64,000 bases of DNA, taken from positions 1,696,001 through 1,760,000 of the forward strand of contig CBDAOB010000004.1 of NCBI GenBank assembly GCA_965197905.1. The letters run 5' to 3'. The position numbers and the translations under genes are program-made. Below are positions 54,662 through 64,000 of the stretch, in pieces. Position 1 is the stretch's first letter; each line of letters opens with the position of its first letter. Below the pieces are notes generated by a model, which saw nothing but the letters and a program-made list of their open reading frames with translations, did not search any database and had not been told where the DNA came from. Source of the stretch: Candidatus Latescibacterota bacterium (GTDB lineage Bacteria; Latescibacterota; UBA2968; UBA8231).

Positions 54662-56658
54662 GAGCGATCCTCCGGCAAACTGATAAGCTCCAGGTCGAGA
54701 CTCTGCAAGCCCAGAACGTGGCGCACGTTCTCCCGGGCCAGCGCCCTGAACTCGGGACAGGTTTTTAACAGTTCGCGGCGTTGGCCGGCGCCGATCAGAC
54801 GCCCGTTGTCCAGGAATACGAAAAAGACCTTGTCGTCCGGCAGCGCGAAGTAGGGGGCCAAGGTGTGCGCCACGACCACTACCGTCCGGTCCTGTTGAGC
54901 GAGGCCGGAGATGGTGTCCACCAGTTCGTTCTCGGAGAACTTGTCCAGACCGCTGGTCGGTTCGTCGAATAGCAGGATGGGGCACCGGGTCAAGAGCGAG
55001 AATCCGATGCTAACCCGTTGTTGCTGGCCGCCAGAGAGATTTCCAGAGAGACCGGCCATGCGGTCGAGCCCCTCGCGGCGCTCCATGAGTTCGACCCGCC
55101 GCGGCTCAAAGCCAAACAGCGTACGCCCTATCCGTTGCAGGGGACCGCTGCGGACGTCGTAGGCGGACACTCTGACCTCCTGCTCCATTGCCTCGATCTC
55201 TTCGAGCACCTTGGCCATGCGCAGCGCCTGCTGCAGGTCTTCCTCGTTGGACTTGGGCGAGAGCAGCTCTGCATTCTGCAGGATCGACATCGACAACAAC
55301 GAGATCTTCTGCGACAGGTACGCCATCAGCAGGGAAAGGCTCTTACGGTCGATCTCACGCACGTCGGTGCCTCCTAGCAGCACCGTGCCTTCGCGGGATT
55401 CAAGGTTGCCCCGCAGCAGTTTCAGCACGGTCGATTTGCCGCAACCGCTGGCTCCGCAGAGTACCGTCATCTGTCCCTCTCGAACCCGAAAGGAGATATC
55501 CTCCAGCGCTGGGCGGGCGGATTCCGGGGTGTCGGGATAACGAAAGGTGACCTGCTTGAATTCGATCTCGTGATTGGTGATGGGTAGCTGTTTGGTATGG
55601 GCTCCGTTGTTAGTCCCCTGAGCCTTATCGAAGAATTCTTCGCTCCACTGCACACTAACCATCAAAGGGATGATGTCCTGCCACGATCGAATCACCGCCA
55701 TGATCGGATTGAGAACCCGCTGGGCGTAGGCATTGATCACGATGTAGAAAGTCAACGAGATTGCCCCTTCGATCACTTGCAAACCGGCGATGAGAGCGAT
55801 ACCCACGGTGAATGTTATCGAGACGGAGTTGCTGCACGCGATCCAGGCGTTGCGATAGTTTCTTTGCTGACGTTGCTGGTTGATCATACCCTCGACCGTG
55901 GCCAGGGTTCGCCCACTCATGCGATCGACCGCGTCGAACGACTTTATCAAATCTGCGTTTGCCAGTGACTCGTTGAACATGGACATCGCCTCGTCACGCA
56001 AGCGGCTGTGTTTGCGGCGATTTGTGCGAATGCGGGAGCGAAAGAACGACATGACGAACACCTGCACCGGTAGGACCACTAATAGCAAGGTGAATATCGC
56101 CGGGGACATGAAATAGATAACAGCAAAAGTAGCGACGATGTTGATGAGATTGGTGATGAGTCCAGGGAGAAAATCGCTGTAGAACTGGGTATAAGCCGGA
56201 AGGTCGCTGCTGTAGGTGGTGTAGAGTCGGCCGAGCCCAAGTGATTCCTTCGACTCCTCGTTCATCTCTTCCATGTCGCCGAGAAAACGCCGGCGCAGGT
56301 CGTACATGAGGTTGAAGGAACCCTCGGTGGACAAATACTGATACGCCATTACCACGATCACCCGAATCACTTCCAGTGCCGCCCAAATGAGACATACGGT
56401 GATCAGCGCAAAGCTGCTCTCCTCCAGGTCGACGACCAGGGGCAGAATGCTGCCGATGATGATGGCGCTGGGGATGGGCCGCAAAAACTCGATGCCGACA
56501 TCCACCAAGGCCACGAGAATGGCGGTACAGTACCAGTGCAGACTGACCGCGCCCCGTTTCAACATAAACCAGACTAGCTGATGGCCCTTTAACCGTCGCT
56601 TTTCCTCGGTGGCCAGGCGATATTCCAGCATTCTGTCCGCAGCCGCAATTCCGGTCAT
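54658..56658 (-). CDS. ABC exporter, fused permease plus ATPase
   Basis: TMD; GASGCGKST, LSGGQ, LLFDEPTSGLD, VAH. Confidence 0.9.
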   Translation of the reverse strand: MTGIAAADRMLEYRLATEEKRRLKGHQLVWFMLKRGAVSLHWYCTAILVALVDVGIEFLRPIPSAIIIGSILPLVVDLEESSFALITVCLIWAALEVIRVIVVMAYQYLSTEGSFNLMYDLRRRFLGDMEEMNEESKESLGLGRLYTTYSSDLPAYTQFYSDFLPGLITNLINIVATFAVIYFMSPAIFTLLLVVLPVQVFVMSFFRSRIRTNRRKHSRLRDEAMSMFNESLANADLIKSFDAVDRMSGRTLATVEGMINQQRQQRNYRNAWIACSNSVSITFTVGIALIAGLQVIEGAISLTFYIVINAYAQRVLNPIMAVIRSWQDIIPLMVSVQWSEEFFDKAQGTNNGAHTKQLPITNHEIEFKQVTFRYPDTPESARPALEDISFRVREGQMTVLCGASGCGKSTVLKLLRGNLESREGTVLLGGTDVREIDRKSLSLLMAYLSQKISLLSMSILQNAELLSPKSNEEDLQQALRMAKVLEEIEAMEQEVRVSAYDVRSGPLQRIGRTLFGFEPRRVELMERREGLDRMAGLSGNLSGGQQQRVSIGFSLLTRCPILLFDEPTSGLDKFSENELVDTISGLAQQDRTVVVVAHTLAPYFALPDDKVFFVFLDNGRLIGAGQRRELLKTCPEFRALARENVRHVLGLQSLDLELISLPEDRS

Positions 56659-57000
56659 GACGGCTTCCTTTCGCGCCCGAGCAGCGTTGGCCGACCAGGC
56701 GTTGAGTCCGCAGGCATATTAGTAAACTGTTGGAAATAATATATTTGTGTGCAGAAAGGGCGGCGGGCGTTCATAACGATGGTTGATAACTACTTGATAA
56801 ATATAGAGATTATCGGTCGATAAAGCCACGTTGGCGCCCGGCCAGTTGTCGCCATCTTGAACGTATTATGTGTAAAAACAAATAGTTATGAAATATGTCG
56901 TGCTTTCGGTTGGGTGAAGGCGTGCCCAGTCAGGCCGTGACAGCGTCGACCGGCGCCGAGGCAGGATCTAGGGAAGATCGACAGTTCCTCGGCGGGTTTC

Positions 57001-57861
57001 TTGCCTCCTGAAGCGTTCGCGCTGGCCATGGCCTCCGCCGTGTGCCACGCTCTCTGGAACCTCGCCGCGAGGAGGGTGTCTGGCGATCTGGTGGTTCTGT
57101 GGCTTGGATTCGGCGCCGCCGCGACTCTGATTTTTCCGTTTGCCGCTGGCTTGCTGTTTTTAGGTGCTTCGGGGACCGACCTTTCTTTGGAATCGTTCAC
57201 CTTCATGCTGGTTTCCGGCGTTGTACATACGGTATACACCCTGCTGCTTTCCTTCGCCTATCGCCACGGTGAAATCAGTGTGGTGTACCCCGTCGCCCGC
57301 GGTTCCGGAGTGGCCATGACGGCGGTGCTAGGACTCCTCCTCTTCGGTGAGCAGATGTCGCAGCCCGGTCTCCTGGGCATTCTTCTGGTGTTAGTAGCCA
57401 CGCTCTGCTTCGGAATCCCGGCGCTGCGTGCATCCGGGTCTCGTCACGGCTACCTTTTCGCTCTGGGTGTGGGTTTCACCATCTCTATCTACTCGCTGGT
57501 GGATAAGGCCGGGGTTAGCCGGGTGCATCCGGTGTTATATATCTGGGCAATTTTCACCCTGTCCTTTGTCTTTTTGTGGCCAGTGGTTGCCCGCCTGAAC
57601 GAGGGGGAACCCATCCACCGTCGAGCCCGCAGGCTTTGGCGTTATATAGGTATCGTCGGTCCGGGTTATCTGGTTTCCTATCTGTTGATGCTGTTTGCTT
57701 TATCCCTCGGCCCGGTCAGCTACGTGGTCGCATCGCGAGAGAGCTCAGTAGCCTTGGGAGCGGCGTTGGGCATTATATTTCTAGGGGAACGACTTACACC
57801 GGTCAAAGTGCTGGCCATCATCCTGATGACCGGCGGCCTGGCCTGTCTCAAGTTTGGATGA
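57001..57861 (+). CDS. DMT/EamA family transporter
   Basis: HALWN, ISVVYPVARG, RESSV, LGERL. Confidence 0.88.
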   Translation: MPPEAFALAMASAVCHALWNLAARRVSGDLVVLWLGFGAAATLIFPFAAGLLFLGASGTDLSLESFTFMLVSGVVHTVYTLLLSFAYRHGEISVVYPVARGSGVAMTAVLGLLLFGEQMSQPGLLGILLVLVATLCFGIPALRASGSRHGYLFALGVGFTISIYSLVDKAGVSRVHPVLYIWAIFTLSFVFLWPVVARLNEGEPIHRRARRLWRYIGIVGPGYLVSYLLMLFALSLGPVSYVVASRESSVALGAALGIIFLGERLTPVKVLAIILMTGGLACLKFG

Positions 57862-59924
57862 TGGCGAAACGCTCACCTCGTTTCGAAACCTTGAAAGCCG
57901 CCGCTGCCGCGGTTCTCCTATCGATGACCGCGTTGGCCGCGACGGAAAACCACTCAGCCGATCTAACCCTGCTCAGCCTCGAGCAGCTGATGAATCTGGA
58001 AGTGACCATGGTCTCGAAGCGGGAGCAGACCCTCTTCCGTTCGCCGCCGGCGGTTTTCGTGTTGACCCACAGTGACTTGAAACGGTCGGGAGCCACCAGC
58101 ATCCCGGAAGCCCTGCGCCTGGTCCCGGGAATGGAAGTGGGTCGCATCGATGCCAGCAAGTGGGCGGTGAGCGCGCGCGGCTTCAACGCGCAGTTCGCCA
58201 ACAAGCTTTTGGTGTTGATTGACGGTCGCAGCGTTTATACGCCGCTCTTTTCCGGTGTATTGTGGGACACCCAGGACATTCCGCTGGAGGAGGTGGACCG
58301 CATCGAGGTTGTTCGCGGTCCAGGCGCCGCGCTATGGGGCGCCAACGCCATGAACGGGATCGTGAACATCAAAACCAGACACGCCGCTCAAACGCAGGGC
58401 AATGCGGCCACGATCGGTGGTGGAACGGAGGAGGAGGGGTTTGGATCGGTTCGCCACGGCGGCCGGCTGGGTCGTTCGGTTTCCTACCGCGCTTATGCCG
58501 CATACCACCGCCGTAGTGATTCCTCAAACGCGCTGGGGAGCACCCTCAACGACGGCTGGGATCACTGGCGTGGCGGGTTTCGTGTCGATGGTGACCTCGC
58601 CAGCCGTCGGTCGCAATGGATGTTCAAGGGAGAATATTATGAGGGCGACATCGGTCAAACCATCGTTGAGGCGCCTATCGGGCTCGACCCACCGTACACC
58701 GCCACCTACAACAACCAGATCGGCATCTTCTCCGGTATGTATCTGCAAGGCCGCTGGGTAGGTCGGTCGGAACCCCGAGGCGAGCTGACGGTTGAGACCT
58801 ACTTCGACCGCACGCGCCGGGGCGATCGGTTCAACGGGGCCGAGCACAGGAATACCTGGGACCTGGAGCTGCAGCAACATCGCCTGAGCAGTGGGCGGCA
58901 CAACCTGGTTTGGGGGCTGGGTCACCGGATCACCTGGGATGATTACCACAACACCTTCGCCGTGGCACTCAGGCCCGAGACCCGAACCTTGCATACGACC
59001 AACGCCTTTCTGCACGACGAGGTCGCTATCGCCAACCCCCGCCTCTGGCTGTCACTGGGGACCAAACTGGAGCGCCACACCATCTCCGGATTCGAGCTAC
59101 TGCCGAATCTGCGCCTGTTGTGGGCACTACGGGATACGCAGGTATGGTGGGCGGCGATGAGCCGCGCCGCGCGTACGCCGTCACGGTTTGAAAGCGACGG
59201 CCAATTGGTTTTGGGGGTTCTGCCGCCCGAGACCCTGGGTCCTGGGACAACTGTGGGTATACTCACCGCCGCCGGTGACCCCGACCTCAAAAACGAGACC
59301 ATGTGGGCGCTGGAAACGGGGTACCGGGTTCGCGTAGACCAACAGGTAACGGTGGATGTGGCAGCTTTGTACAATACCTACGACCATCTGCGTTCGACGG
59401 AGCTGGGATTGTTGACCGATGCCCAGGCAGACTCGAGTACGACCTACTTCGAATTGCCGTTGATGATTGGCCATAACCTCAAGGGACACAGTTGGGGCGC
59501 TGAGTTGGCTGTCAACTACCGCATCAGCCGATCAACGCAACTGGGGGCCCGCTATTCCTATCTGCGGGTCGATCTCGACCTGGCAGAGGATAGTATGGAC
59601 CCCGGCGTCTCGGTCGCGACCGAGGGGAACAGTCCCCGTCATCAGCTGGGTCTGGGATCTGCCCATGACCTGCGGTGGAATCTGCGGTTCAACGTCGACC
59701 TGCGGTATGTTGGAAAGCTGACCAGCCTCCCGGTCGACGGATATCTGACGGCCGACGCCAGAGCCGGTTGGCGCCCGTATGCCGAGGTCGAGCTCGCCGT
59801 GGTCGGGCGCAACCTGCTGCGTGATAAGCACCTGGAGTTTCCAGCTGACTTCAGCGGGGGACGCTCGCTCACCGAAGTGGAACGGAGTCTCTACGGGGTC
59901 TTGACGTGGCGCATTGCGCGTTAG
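57858..59924 (+). CDS. TonB-dependent receptor
   Basis: Signal peptide; LSLEQLM, LVLIDGR, RIEVVRGPGAALWGANA plug; beta-barrel C-terminus. Confidence 0.92.
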   Translation: MMAKRSPRFETLKAAAAAVLLSMTALAATENHSADLTLLSLEQLMNLEVTMVSKREQTLFRSPPAVFVLTHSDLKRSGATSIPEALRLVPGMEVGRIDASKWAVSARGFNAQFANKLLVLIDGRSVYTPLFSGVLWDTQDIPLEEVDRIEVVRGPGAALWGANAMNGIVNIKTRHAAQTQGNAATIGGGTEEEGFGSVRHGGRLGRSVSYRAYAAYHRRSDSSNALGSTLNDGWDHWRGGFRVDGDLASRRSQWMFKGEYYEGDIGQTIVEAPIGLDPPYTATYNNQIGIFSGMYLQGRWVGRSEPRGELTVETYFDRTRRGDRFNGAEHRNTWDLELQQHRLSSGRHNLVWGLGHRITWDDYHNTFAVALRPETRTLHTTNAFLHDEVAIANPRLWLSLGTKLERHTISGFELLPNLRLLWALRDTQVWWAAMSRAARTPSRFESDGQLVLGVLPPETLGPGTTVGILTAAGDPDLKNETMWALETGYRVRVDQQVTVDVAALYNTYDHLRSTELGLLTDAQADSSTTYFELPLMIGHNLKGHSWGAELAVNYRISRSTQLGARYSYLRVDLDLAEDSMDPGVSVATEGNSPRHQLGLGSAHDLRWNLRFNVDLRYVGKLTSLPVDGYLTADARAGWRPYAEVELAVVGRNLLRDKHLEFPADFSGGRSLTEVERSLYGVLTWRIAR

Positions 59925-59973
59925 TTTCGGGTATCCGCTCGGGGCTAGCCGGATTGGCACGTGTGTTGTGCTC

Positions 59974-60780
59974 TTACGGCGCCTCCATGAATTTCGTATG
60001 GCTTGTCTCCCACTCGGACGGCGTGATGTAGCCGCCGTCGACCACCAGCGAGGTTCCGGTAACCCCCGCTGAATCTTCGCAGGAAAGATACAACACGGCC
60101 CGGGCGATTTCGTTGGGCGCAATGATGATGCCTGTTGGTACCCGTTTGAGGCGGGCGGCGAGGGTCGCTTCGGGATCGGGGGTGGTGCCGATGTGAAATC
60201 GCAACATCGGGGTATCGGTGATTCCCGGGCAGACACAGTTGCAACGAACCCCGTCGGCGGCGTAGTCCACGGCGATATTGCGGCTCAGCCCGAGCACGGC
60301 ATGTTTGGAGGCGATGTACGCCGGCGTCAAACCCTGACCGATAAAACTCCCCACCGAGCCGATGTTGACAATATGGCTGCGTTGGTTCTCACGCAGGTGG
60401 GAAATCCCATGTTTGACCGCAAAGAAGATGGCCTTCACGTTGACCCCCATCAGCAAATCCCAGTCATCCTCAGAATACTCGTCGAGAGGCGCCACGTGGG
60501 CGATGCCGGCACAGTTGACCAGAATCTGCAGCCCTCCGAAGTCACCGACGGTCTGGTCTAGAGAGTCGCGCACCTGATTCTCTTTGGTAACGTCGCATTC
60601 GTGAAACCGAGCTTCCCCGCCAGCTCTTTCTATGCGCGCGACAACCGCTTCGCCGCGGTCCTTCTGCACATCCACCACCGCAACTCGGGCTCCCTCCGCC
60701 GCGAAAAGCTCTGCCGTCGCTTCCCCCATGCCCGAAGCGGCGCCAGTTATCCAGGCGACCTTGTCCTGTAATCGACTCAC
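59974..60780 (-). CDS. SDR family oxidoreductase
   Basis: TGAASGMG, NCAG, YIASK, PG. Confidence 0.92.
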   Translation of the reverse strand: MSRLQDKVAWITGAASGMGEATAELFAAEGARVAVVDVQKDRGEAVVARIERAGGEARFHECDVTKENQVRDSLDQTVGDFGGLQILVNCAGIAHVAPLDEYSEDDWDLLMGVNVKAIFFAVKHGISHLRENQRSHIVNIGSVGSFIGQGLTPAYIASKHAVLGLSRNIAVDYAADGVRCNCVCPGITDTPMLRFHIGTTPDPEATLAARLKRVPTGIIIAPNEIARAVLYLSCEDSAGVTGTSLVVDGGYITPSEWETSHTKFMEAP

Positions 60781-60813
60781 GTTTCTTCTCCCTGTCTAAA
60801 TCACGGCTTTGTG

Positions 60814-61866
60814 TTACACGACCTGCAATCGCTTCCACTTCTCGCGAAACCCCGGTTGATCTAGAACAACGCGGTTTACCACTGCGCGGGGCATGCGGCC
60901 CATGGCCAGTTCCGCGACGCCTCGAATCGCGGCGGCCCCGACGTCACGAAACAGCTCCTCGGTCCAGGCGATGGCATGGGGAGCGAGCAAGATATTCTCG
61001 AATTCCCCGAAACCATGGGGTTCGGCTAAGGGTTCGCCATCGAAACAATCTATCGCCGCTCCGGCAATCCGCTTGGTGGCAAGGACCTCGTAGAGCGCAT
61101 CCTCGTTGATGATGCCGCCGCGGGCGGTGTTGACGAGGTACGCCTCCGGTTTCATCAACTCCAGCTCGCGCCGACCGATCAGGTCGCGGGTCTCCTCGGT
61201 GAGCGGGCAATGTACGGAGATGAAATCAGCGCGGCGCATGAGCGCATCCAGCTCGACCTGTTCGACCCCAGCCTGCGCTGCAGCCGGGGGGGCCAGGTAG
61301 GGATCGAAGGCCAACGGTTGGTTCATGCCGAAGACACTCAGCAGGCGAATCGTCTCCCTGGCGATGCCCCCCAAGCCAACCACCCCGAGGGTGCGGTCGC
61401 GCAACTCAATGCCGTGAAACATGGTGCGATCGTCCCAGGCCCCGGTGCGCACCAATCGGTCTTTCGCTTTGATATGGTGAGTGAGTGCGATCAGCCAGCC
61501 AACCGTCGCCTCGGCTACGGACCGGTCGACGGCGCCCGCGGCGATCAGCAACGCCACGTCATTTTCGGTGCAGGCTTCAACGTCGACCGAATCATAGCCC
61601 ACGCCGATGCGGCTGAGTACAAGGAGGTCGCCCGCGTTGGCCACCGTCTCTCTGGTCACCTTGCCGCCGAATACTACCATGCCGTTCGCTTCGACCAGTT
61701 GATCTGAACCGATCTCTGGTCGCGTTTCCGACAACACGAATGATTCCACCAACGGGTACTCTTCGAATACGCGAAGCCCCATGTCTTTAAACCTGAGGTT
61801 GCCGTCACCGTCGAAGATGTCGGGCGGCATGGCGATGCGGAATTTCCTGGTTCCTATTTGACTCAT
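60814..61866 (-). CDS. D-isomer-specific 2-hydroxyacid dehydrogenase family protein
   Basis: GVGYD, GLGGIA, NTARG, EP, PH. Confidence 0.9.
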   Translation of the reverse strand: MSQIGTRKFRIAMPPDIFDGDGNLRFKDMGLRVFEEYPLVESFVLSETRPEIGSDQLVEANGMVVFGGKVTRETVANAGDLLVLSRIGVGYDSVDVEACTENDVALLIAAGAVDRSVAEATVGWLIALTHHIKAKDRLVRTGAWDDRTMFHGIELRDRTLGVVGLGGIARETIRLLSVFGMNQPLAFDPYLAPPAAAQAGVEQVELDALMRRADFISVHCPLTEETRDLIGRRELELMKPEAYLVNTARGGIINEDALYEVLATKRIAGAAIDCFDGEPLAEPHGFGEFENILLAPHAIAWTEELFRDVGAAAIRGVAELAMGRMPRAVVNRVVLDQPGFREKWKRLQVV

Positions 61867-63521
61867 TTCAGGATGTGCCTACTCCCCTCTCCTGCCCAAG
61901 GGTCGGCCTCGGCGCAGGTGGCTTCTACGACCAGGTAGCTCGATTGGGAGCCGGCACAGCCCCAGAGCATGACCACCGGCTCGGTTCCCTCGTTGGCAAA
62001 ACTGTGAACGCGTCCACGGGGGAGCAACATCGCGGCGCCTTCGCCCACCGTATAGGTCCGGCCCTCCACCAAACACCGGGCGGATCCCGCCACGACAAAG
62101 GTGGCTTCGTCCACTTCGCGCAGGTGTGCCTCGGTGCGGCCGTTTGGGCGCACGATGCCGTAGCCGAAGCTCACCTCCAGGCCGGGCATCAACTCGCCGT
62201 TGCAGTAATCCACATACTCTGCGTCGGGACCGGTGGGATACCGCGGCGCGTCGGCGAGTCGAGCTAACTGTTCGGCCCCGGGCTGCCCGCTCGCGTCGGC
62301 AGGCATGCTCCGGCGCGAAAAGAAACGCTCGTCCAGCGTTCGCTCCAGACGGGTCGTCGGTACCGCGGCATAGAGAATGGCCTCTTCGCGGGAAGACGGA
62401 TTGAAAGCGGCATGGGCCAAACCGGCAGGGATCGTGATGTTGTCCAACGGCGACAGCGCATAGATGCGCCCTTCCACTTCTATCAGTACCTCGCCCCTGA
62501 GCAACGTCAAGGTTTCAGCGTACGGATGCTGGTGATAAGGCAGCCGGGCACCCGGATGGAATGTAGACAGTCCGGTGGTCAACCCTTCGGCTCCGTTGTG
62601 CGAGCCCGTTGCGGCCTCGAATTCCACGCCCCCGACGATCTCGACCGCGGGTCGGCTGCCCGGTTTGTCGACCACCTCGGCCCGATCGGGCCGCAGTGCC
62701 TGCGGAGGACGCGGTTGGGGTTCGAAGCGCACCCGTCCAAAGGCCGGGGTCATCGGTCGGTCCCTACCTACGTGAGCCAGCGCCCCGCGAATGCTGCGCA
62801 GCAGGAGACCGCCGTCGAGCCCCAGAGCCAGCATGCGGAACCCCTGGCTTCGCCGTTGGTCGAGGTTTTCGTTGCTGGTGGCAACCACCCCACAGTTCTT
62901 GCCAGCCGCGCGGATGGCGTCTTTGGCTGCCAGGATCTGGGCCGCAACACCGGGACCTTCCCATTGTCCGGGGAATCCGGCGGTGGATGAAAAGTCGGCC
63001 GGACCAAAATAGAACAAATCGGTTCCGGGAACCTCCAGCAGGCGTTCGATGTTCTGGGCTCCGGTTACCGACTCGATGATCGGCACGACCAGGACGTGCT
63101 CGTTGGCCTCTTCTACGTGCTCGACAAAGCAGTGGCCCCTGGCGCGTTCGGCACCGATGCCGCGCAATCCTTCAGGCGGATAATGGGCGAAGCGAATGGC
63201 GGATTCGAGTTGATTCACCGATTCGATCCACGGAACCACCACCCCGTCAGCGCCGATGTCCAGCGCCCGCTTGATGAGGCCGATGTTGACCTCTGCCAGT
63301 CGCACCAACACCACCGTATCGCTGCGCACCGTGGCGCGGATGTGTTCGAGAATGTCGCGCCAATCCAGCTGACCGTGTTCCGCGTCCACGACGACCCAAT
63401 CGAGCCCCAGTGCCACCGCCATCTCCGTAATACTGGCGGATTCCAGGGTTACCCACAGACCGTACACCGGCTCGTCGGCGGCCAGCTTCTGACGCAGCTT
63501 GCGTATGGCCAGACTTTTCAC
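61863..63521 (-). CDS. HpcH/HpaI aldolase fused to two cupin domains
   Basis: DAEHG, LDIGADG, IES, GPAD; then HQHPYAE...HAAFN and HLREVDE...HSFAN. Confidence 0.85.
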   Translation of the reverse strand: MKSLAIRKLRQKLAADEPVYGLWVTLESASITEMAVALGLDWVVVDAEHGQLDWRDILEHIRATVRSDTVVLVRLAEVNIGLIKRALDIGADGVVVPWIESVNQLESAIRFAHYPPEGLRGIGAERARGHCFVEHVEEANEHVLVVPIIESVTGAQNIERLLEVPGTDLFYFGPADFSSTAGFPGQWEGPGVAAQILAAKDAIRAAGKNCGVVATSNENLDQRRSQGFRMLALGLDGGLLLRSIRGALAHVGRDRPMTPAFGRVRFEPQPRPPQALRPDRAEVVDKPGSRPAVEIVGGVEFEAATGSHNGAEGLTTGLSTFHPGARLPYHQHPYAETLTLLRGEVLIEVEGRIYALSPLDNITIPAGLAHAAFNPSSREEAILYAAVPTTRLERTLDERFFSRRSMPADASGQPGAEQLARLADAPRYPTGPDAEYVDYCNGELMPGLEVSFGYGIVRPNGRTEAHLREVDEATFVVAGSARCLVEGRTYTVGEGAAMLLPRGRVHSFANEGTEPVVMLWGCAGSQSSYLVVEATCAEADPWAGEGSRHILK

Positions 63522-63598
63522 GGGATCTCGATCCTACCCATCTTGAAGCTGCTGAATATAGAACATGCAATTTGCCGGCGAAAACGGGGGTGTTTGAT

Positions 63599-64000
63599 TC
63601 AGGATTGGGCCTCGTTCCACTCGCCCAGCCAATCGCGAGGCCGCAGAAAATCGCGGTACAGCCGCGCCTCGTCCGAATCCGGATCGGGATGCCAGTCATA
63701 CTTCCAGGTGACGTGCGGGGGCAGAGAGACCAAGATCGATTCGATGCGACCGCGCGACTGCAGGCCAAATAGGGTACCGCGATCGTAGACCAAATTGAAT
63801 TCTACGTAGCGTCCCCGGCGATACAACTGGAACTGTCGATGTGCGTCGGAGTACGGCATCTCTTTGCGACGGACAAGAATCGGCTGGTAGGCGGGCAGGA
63901 AATGGTCGCCGACACTGCGCGCGAAAGCGAAGGTTGTAGCGAAATCCTGCAGTTGCAGATCGTCGAAGAACAGGCCGCCGATGCCGCGGGTTTCGTCGCG
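63599..64000 (-). CDS. hemF: Oxygen-dependent coproporphyrinogen III oxidase (3' part)
   Basis: [39 protein letters not shown]. Confidence 0.95.
   Translation of the reverse strand, partial: RDETRGIGGLFFDDLQLQDFATTFAFARSVGDHFLPAYQPILVRRKEMPYSDAHRQFQLYRRGRYVEFNLVYDRGTLFGLQSRGRIESILVSLPPHVTWKYDWHPDPDSDEARLYRDFLRPRDWLGEWNEAQS

Noticed and set aside
59955..59970. sigma54-like TGGCAC-N5-TTGT
   Set aside because: The -12 element is imperfect, and the site lies between convergent gene ends with nothing to drive.

Overview
A GC-rich diderm bacterial chromosome segment that spans the replication origin. The gene style resembles Latescibacterota/FCB-type genomes, but that assignment is a guess. Left arm (minus strand): sthA (partial), a sugar ABC operon, tRNA-Gln/Ser/Ser, gyrA-gyrB-dciA-recF-dnaN, oriC and dnaA. 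Right arm: rpmH-rnpA-yidD-yidC-mnmE, two parS sites, a decayed IS256-family element with a 9-bp target duplication, rsmG, a second DnaA-box cluster, a CDP-alcohol transferase, tmk, an S41 protease, and rng/rne behind a ~540-nt structured leader. These are followed by rplU-rpmA, two convergent complex II operons (frdABCD and sdhCAB), sucCD, envelope genes, a frameshifted hrpA, tandem FKBPs, rnd, an ABC exporter/MFP pair, a TonB receptor, an aldolase-bicupin operon and hemF (partial). The most novel-looking element lies at 39.77-40.72 kb. An XRE regulator is transcribed divergently from a ~215-nt rod-shaped candidate ncRNA that has its own promoter and terminator and a C-rich anti-SD-like loop. 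Three ACAC-N6-GTGT palindromes each overlap one of the three sigma70-like promoters between them. All calls were made by eye; no searches or folding programs were run.
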